From a virus (lineage: Duplodnaviria > Caudoviricetes), in the IMG/VR virus record IMGVR_UViG_3300029319_007471, positions 1-54,471 of that record: a stretch of DNA of 54,471 nt. One strand, written 5' to 3'. Numbering within the stretch: position 1 is the first letter of the stretch; the number at the start of each line of letters is the position of its first letter. The notes beneath the pieces were generated by a model. The model was not told where the DNA came from. It was given only the letters and a program-made list of their open reading frames with translations, and made no database searches. The position numbers and the translations under genes are program-made. This document shows, in pieces, positions 50,244 to 54,471 of the stretch.

Positions 50244-50391
50244 AATCATCATCATCATATTCACCCAAATTCATCTCTTCGTCTCGGATTATACTTTTTC
50301 TTAATTCATCAATGACACGTATAACCAAATCCCAATCTTTCATTTCTTCCGCTTGAGTCAATAATTCAATTAAATTTTCTATCTGTGACAT
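50236..50391 (-). CDS. 51-aa acidic protein overlapping the tmRNA 5' end (not in the ORF track)
   Basis: GAGG RBS; MSQIENLIELLTQAEEMKDWDLVIRVIDELRKSIIRDEEMNLGEYDDDDWG*; its TGA lies in the tmRNA GGGGCTGA. Confidence 0.7.
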   Translation of the reverse strand: MSQIENLIELLTQAEEMKDWDLVIRVIDELRKSIIRDEEMNLGEYDDDDWG

Positions 50392-50442
50392 AATTTTTTT
50401 CCTCATATTGGATAACTATAAGAAAATAAAAAAATTAGTATA

Positions 50443-51378
50443 TTAATATTTTTTTATAAAATCAATCTTACTATGAAATTCTTCAATATTTTTAGCACCA
50501 ACAAACATAAGGGATGATTTTAATGATTCCGATATATCATTTATTGTTGCCTGTAAATCTATTTTTATCGACGAATTTTTTGTATTGTTTTTAATATAAG
50601 AGTCCATAATAAACGAATCGGCACCAGCACCAAGTCCTTTACATACATCACCAATATTGTTAGTATCAACATAACCGATAACAGGCACGTTAAAGGTATC
50701 AGCAACATTAGCACAATTAATGATAGTAGAAATTTCGGGAACATCATAACCTGTTCTATTAGCTTTTTGATGTTTATATCCACTCCCACACCCGATTGTA
50801 ATCGCGTCAGCTCCTGACTCACATAAGTATCGTACCGCTTCTTCTGTATTAACTGAGCCCGCAATAACTTCAACTCTCGATAACTCTTTTTTGATTTTTT
50901 CAACTGCATCTCCTACTAATTTATTATATCCGTGTGGACTATCAATAAATATGACGTTACAACCGTTTCTATATAACTCAGCACTCCTCTCAATAAAGTC
51001 ATCGGATAACTTTATGCTAGCGCACTTAGGTAATTTATTTAGAAAATTTATCGTATCGTCCAAATCTTTTTTTATTTCGTCTTTTATATTGTCATTTTTT
51101 TGTAACTCATAAATGTAAAGACTTTTGGTGTCATGCCAACTATGATATAAAAGTTTCATTTGATGTGATTGTTTTTTAATTGACATATTACTATTCAACA
51201 CACCAACACCCAAACAATCACTCATTTTTTTTGCCATCTCTAAATCGGTATTGTGTTGGGATAAAACAAATGGTATTGCTATTTTAGTTTTTTTTGTAAA
51301 TTTAGTTATTAAATTTATATCTGATAAATCTATTTTACTAAATTTGGAAACAATAGATGAGTTATTGAATGATAACAA
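50443..51378 (-). CDS. Degenerate IMP dehydrogenase / GMP reductase-like protein
   Basis: IFIDSPHG, VIAGSVNTEEAV, GADAITIG, KGLGAGAD, LKSSLMFVGA; catalytic GSICTTR loop reads GYKHQKA; probable TTG start near 51378. Confidence 0.75.
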   Translation of the reverse strand: MLSFNNSSIVSKFSKIDLSDINLITKFTKKTKIAIPFVLSQHNTDLEMAKKMSDCLGVGVLNSNMSIKKQSHQMKLLYHSWHDTKSLYIYELQKNDNIKDEIKKDLDDTINFLNKLPKCASIKLSDDFIERSAELYRNGCNVIFIDSPHGYNKLVGDAVEKIKKELSRVEVIAGSVNTEEAVRYLCESGADAITIGCGSGYKHQKANRTGYDVPEISTIINCANVADTFNVPVIGYVDTNNIGDVCKGLGAGADSFIMDSYIKNNTKNSSIKIDLQATINDISESLKSSLMFVGAKNIEEFHSKIDFIKKY

Positions 51379-51379
51379 T

Positions 51380-51763
51380 TTACTTACCCCATTTACCTCT
51401 ACCGACAATGGTGGCCATAATTCCATAATTAGATACATCAAGATAAGCATCTTCTAATGGTTCATCTTTAACAACAGATTTTTTATCACCAAGCAATAAT
51501 GTTTTAACACGTTGTAATTTATCATTCATTCGAAACCATAAACCTGTTAAAGATAATTTTATCTCTTCTGGTGTTACTAAAAAAGTTCCAACACTAATAT
51601 TACCCGGCCCATAATCGTGTTGTTTATGTAAGAACAACTCATATTGTTCCTTTTGTATTTTTTTAAACTCTTTTGTCATCTCAGGCCACTCCTCCTCCAT
51701 CTTTGTTATTACATCATAATCTGTTTCTGATGTGCCCTTAGGTGTATCTTTTATAAACTTCAT
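51380..51763 (-). CDS. Nucleotide-modification-associated / MazG-like all-alpha protein (DUF1599-like)
   Basis: KQHDYG, RMNDKLQR, EPLEDAYLDVSNYGIM. Confidence 0.7.
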   Translation of the reverse strand: MKFIKDTPKGTSETDYDVITKMEEEWPEMTKEFKKIQKEQYELFLHKQHDYGPGNISVGTFLVTPEEIKLSLTGLWFRMNDKLQRVKTLLLGDKKSVVKDEPLEDAYLDVSNYGIMATIVGRGKWGK

Positions 51764-52215
51764 TTATTTTTACTCACTTTATGATTGATAAAATCTTTCT
51801 GTTTTTTGAATGCTTTCTTTAATTTTTGTTTTTCGTTGTATTTTGCAACTAATATTTGTTCTTGTGTCCTACGTTTAGTTTTTACCTTAGCCTTTGTTAC
51901 TTTGGTCGGTTTTAAAGTGCCTTTCAACTTTGGTTGTTCAACACCCTTGTGAAAAACGTTACCATCTTTATCTACAAACTCAGACATCCAATGCCAACCA
52001 GCTGGCCTACCTGTGGGTTTATAAGATGGTTTAGATACCTCTTTAAAAGTTTCAGGAAACATCTTATACATTCTACCCATTAAAGCTCTATCACTTATTA
52101 CTGATATACAATCGATACCGACGTTACGAACTGGCTCACCTGTAATTTTACAATCCATATAAGGAACGCCATTTATGTAATACCCACCATAATCTTCAAA
52201 TGATTTCGTACTCAT
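51760..52215 (-). CDS. Hypothetical basic protein
   Basis: GRPAGWHWMSEFVDKDGNVFHKGVEQPKLKGTL; AGGAGA RBS. Confidence 0.65.
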   Translation of the reverse strand: MSTKSFEDYGGYYINGVPYMDCKITGEPVRNVGIDCISVISDRALMGRMYKMFPETFKEVSKPSYKPTGRPAGWHWMSEFVDKDGNVFHKGVEQPKLKGTLKPTKVTKAKVKTKRRTQEQILVAKYNEKQKLKKAFKKQKDFINHKVSKNK

Positions 52216-52228
52216 ATCTTTCTCCTAA

Positions 52229-52819
52229 TTACATACAACATTTTTTATGTTTTTTCCCACTACCACAATGACACGGGTCATTTCTACCTACTTTGTTGTT
52301 ATTAACTATCGTAGTTATAAATTTTCTATCATTTATTGTTACACCATTCAAATGGTCAATCTCATGCTGAACACAAATCGACTCTAATAATCTCAATTGA
52401 GTATCTTGTTTTTTAGATTCTACTTGCTCTTCCCAACTACCCTTACCCTCAATAATATGTTCAACACCGCTGAAATACCAATGTGATTCCGATTGTTCGG
52501 TTTTAATTACAACATCTCTAAATCTTTTAGTATTTACACCTTTACCTTTAAAAGATAAACAACCCTCATAATAAGGTATCTCAACCTCTTGTGAAATGTA
52601 CTCAGGATTTATAAGAACTAATGGTTCTCTTACATTAACAACAGCAACTTGTGCATCTATACCGACCTGATTAGCAGCTAAACCAATACCATCCTTACGT
52701 TGATTAAGTATTTCAAATAATTCTGTTGCTATCTTCATACCCTCTTCTACAGATACCTTTTTTAGAGGTTTGTTAATTAAAGGATTGTGTTCAGTTAGAC
52801 AATTGATTACTTTTCTCAT
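52229..52819 (-). CDS. def: Peptide deformylase with C-terminal SEC-C motif
   Basis: GIGLAANQVG, EGCLS, QHEIDHLNG; tail KVGRNDPCHCGSGKKHKKCC. Confidence 0.93.
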   Translation of the reverse strand: MRKVINCLTEHNPLINKPLKKVSVEEGMKIATELFEILNQRKDGIGLAANQVGIDAQVAVVNVREPLVLINPEYISQEVEIPYYEGCLSFKGKGVNTKRFRDVVIKTEQSESHWYFSGVEHIIEGKGSWEEQVESKKQDTQLRLLESICVQHEIDHLNGVTINDRKFITTIVNNNKVGRNDPCHCGSGKKHKKCCM

Positions 52820-52835
52820 AACACCTCAAATTTTG

Positions 52836-52909
52836 AGTGCAGGACTGGATTCGAACCAGCGAACAATGGTTTTGCAAACCACCCCATTAGACCACTCTGG
52901 CACCTGCAC
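52836..52909 (-). tRNA. tRNA-Cys(GCA)
   Basis: Acceptor GTGCAGG/CCTGCAC with U discriminator; anticodon arm GTGGT-TTGCAAA-ACCAT; T arm GCTGG-TTCGAAT-CCAGT; CCA not encoded. Confidence 0.95.
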
Positions 52910-53153
52910 GGCCCTCTGCATCTGCCACTCTTTGTTTAAACTTTCTGTTTTGCACCTCTAATATATGTTTACAATATTTAATTTTATGTCTCCTACGAAA
53001 CTTAAATGCTGGACAATCACACGCCCACTCAATACGAGATGGGTCAAATTGAATATCATAATCCTTTCCATCTATCTTATGATGTTCCCAACCATACTCA
53101 TCAATCAAAACACCATCAAACAACTCTATAATTTTATCAATAAGTTCAGACAT
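52887..53153 (-). CDS. SWIM zinc-finger protein overlapping the tRNA-Cys 5' end
   Basis: WACDCPAF...CKHI. Confidence 0.75.
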   Translation of the reverse strand: MSELIDKIIELFDGVLIDEYGWEHHKIDGKDYDIQFDPSRIEWACDCPAFKFRRRHKIKYCKHILEVQNRKFKQRVADAEGRAGARVV

Positions 53154-53244
53154 TACCTAATACCATCAGTAATCCAAATACAAAAAATATCCACAACAAT
53201 GTCAAAAATTCTGCTATATGATATAACCATTGTCTCCAACTCAT
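53146..53244 (-). CDS. 32-aa membrane peptide (not in the ORF track)
   Basis: MSWRQWLYHIAEFLTLLWIFFVFGLLMVLGNV*; ATGA-coupled to the upstream ORF and fills the gap between genes. Confidence 0.5.
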   Translation of the reverse strand: MSWRQWLYHIAEFLTLLWIFFVFGLLMVLGNV

Positions 53245-53513
53245 GCTAATTCTCCCCACATAATTATTTCTGAAATTAATTTATCCTCTGCTTCTGTCCA
53301 ACAAGTGGAATTCCAATTTTCCCACAATGTGGTACCAGACTCATCTTCTATTCTGTGAACTCTAAGTTCACCACTATAATCCTTATCATATGAAATTGTG
53401 TAATGATTTGATACCGAAACAACTGGCTCTTCGGTTGTCAACCATTCATTTACAGCCTCACCAACCGTAGATTGATATAGTGTTTGATTTGAATTTAAAA
53501 CCTTTTCGTTCAT
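53241..53513 (-). CDS. Hypothetical protein
   Basis: 90-aa ORF with GAGG RBS behind a promoter. Confidence 0.6.
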   Translation of the reverse strand: MNEKVLNSNQTLYQSTVGEAVNEWLTTEEPVVSVSNHYTISYDKDYSGELRVHRIEDESGTTLWENWNSTCWTEAEDKLISEIIMWGELA

Positions 53514-53535
53514 AAAACCTCTTTATTAACAATAG

Positions 53536-53565
53536 AATATAAGAAATAAAACATATATTTGTCAA
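53536..53565 (-). promoter_or_regulatory. Sigma70-type early promoter
   Basis: A-tract-GC-TTGACA-18 nt-TATATT. Confidence 0.75.
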
Positions 53566-53578
53566 GCTTTTTTTTAAA

Positions 53579-53992
53579 TTATTTTAAATAATTTGGGCCT
53601 GTCCACTCATACCAACTGGTATCTTTATAAAAAACATTACCTCTGGCATGCTTAGCTGGTGCATTCCAACTAGCAGCTTTGAATGTATCACCCCTATTAT
53701 AGAGAATATTTTTATGACTATCACTATCAATAGCGACGAATCCCCAAACTCTCGTACCTTCCAAAACCTTTATAAATTTCCTACCATACTTAAAACTTAT
53801 GTCAAATTTATCAACATTAAATCCACCCCATTTTTTATACTTAAGAATAATATTCTCTCTTAATCTTTCTAATGCGATATCCATATTTCTTTCTATATTG
53901 TTAGAATCATATTTAGATTCATATGTTTTTTTTATAACTGGTTTTTCTTTTGTTGATTTCGGAGTTACTCCGTTGATAAATTTAAAACTCAT
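53579..53992 (-). CDS. Phage hypothetical protein
   Basis: GRKFIKV...VWGFV...GDTFKAASWNAPAKHARGN, a motif recognised from large-phage early genes. Confidence 0.65.
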   Translation of the reverse strand: MSFKFINGVTPKSTKEKPVIKKTYESKYDSNNIERNMDIALERLRENIILKYKKWGGFNVDKFDISFKYGRKFIKVLEGTRVWGFVAIDSDSHKNILYNRGDTFKAASWNAPAKHARGNVFYKDTSWYEWTGPNYLK

Positions 53993-54023
53993 TATATTAT
54001 ATTTCCTTTGTTTTTCATACCTT

Positions 54024-54053
54024 AATATACGAAAGAAATACTATATTTGTCAA
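54024..54053 (-). promoter_or_regulatory. Sigma70-type early promoter
   Basis: A-tract-GC-TTGACA-18 nt-TATATT; shares AAAAAAAAGCTTGACAAATATA with the 53536 promoter. Confidence 0.75.
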
Positions 54054-54061
54054 GCTTTTTT

Positions 54062-54379
54062 TTAATTTATTTTAAAATCGTAGGTTTCCTCAAACTCATC
54101 TGTCTTAATCATTCGTATGGCATCCCACGTTAAAGCCGTACACGCCTTAGCACATAACTGACAACCAATACACTCATCGAATCTAACCTGAACTGGCGGA
54201 ATTGGAATATCATATTTTTCTTTTGGTACTGGCTCTATGCAATCCACAGGACAGAAAGGTATACAAACCTGACAGCCAGTGCAATTATCCTCATCGACAA
54301 CTGCTACGGATTTTGGTCTTTTCTTTTTGAATCCAATTTTGTTGGCTGGTTCACCAACTGATTTATAATGGTCGTACAT
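54062..54379 (-). CDS. 2x[4Fe-4S] ferredoxin
   Basis: CTGCQVCIPFCP and CIGCQLCAKAC. Confidence 0.9.
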   Translation of the reverse strand: MYDHYKSVGEPANKIGFKKKRPKSVAVVDEDNCTGCQVCIPFCPVDCIEPVPKEKYDIPIPPVQVRFDECIGCQLCAKACTALTWDAIRMIKTDEFEETYDFKIN

Positions 54380-54392
54380 TTTAATAATTAGT

Positions 54393-54422
54393 AAAAAAGG
54401 GGGGAAATAAATCCCCCCCTTT
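54393..54422 (-). terminator. Rho-independent terminator
   Basis: Minus-strand G-run/C-run stem with an AT-rich loop, followed by T6. Confidence 0.85.
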
Positions 54423-54429
54423 AAATTAC

Positions 54430-54471
54430 TTAGAAATTGACAACTAATCCAATGTTAGCATAACGTGGTGT
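54430..54471 (-). CDS. C-terminal 13 aa of a probable outer-membrane beta-barrel protein (TonB-dependent-receptor-like)
   Basis: ...TPRYANIGLVVNF*: PR-x4-G-x4-F with terminal Phe; followed by a terminator. Confidence 0.45.
   Translation of the reverse strand, partial: TPRYANIGLVVNF

Noticed and set aside
50046-50315. Plus-strand 89-aa ORF
   Set aside because: Antisense to the tmRNA; no supporting features.
1-54471. Alternative genetic code or stop-codon reassignment
   Set aside because: Conserved genes (gp23, gp43, gmd) are full length in the standard code, and TAA, TAG and TGA all terminate genes.

Overview
AT-rich segment (roughly one third GC by eye) of a large T4-like tailed phage, probably aquatic. 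Every credible gene is on the minus strand; the plus-strand ORFs are antisense shadows. In the direction of transcription (right to left) it contains: (1) the end of a probable outer-membrane beta-barrel gene, a 2x[4Fe-4S] ferredoxin, small early-type genes, tRNA-Cys, a peptide deformylase with a SEC-C tail, a degenerate IMPDH/GMPR and a phage tmRNA with an unusually long predicted tag (36 aa); (2) a DUF4338 / glycosyltransferase / putative nuclease / HD block, then the T4-like gp55-gp43-gp45-(Mom)-gp44-gp62 module; (3) a glycan island of about 20 kb with many glycosyltransferases, a GT29 sialyltransferase-like protein, a Maf-like protein, a sulfotransferase, two CMP-ulosonate synthetases, two HpcH aldolases, a variant DAHP synthase, Gmd, DegT and an LdpA homologue; (4) the head-neck module (scaffold, gp23, gp13, gp14, gp15) and very Ser/Gly/Thr-rich modular fibre proteins. 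The main hypothesis is a phage-encoded virion O-glycosylation system with an [S/T]-[G/A/S]-S sequon. A second is that the 5' ends of both the tmRNA and the tRNA lie inside the upstream CDSs, so their processing would create non-stop mRNAs. All family calls come from motifs recognised by eye; no database searches were run.
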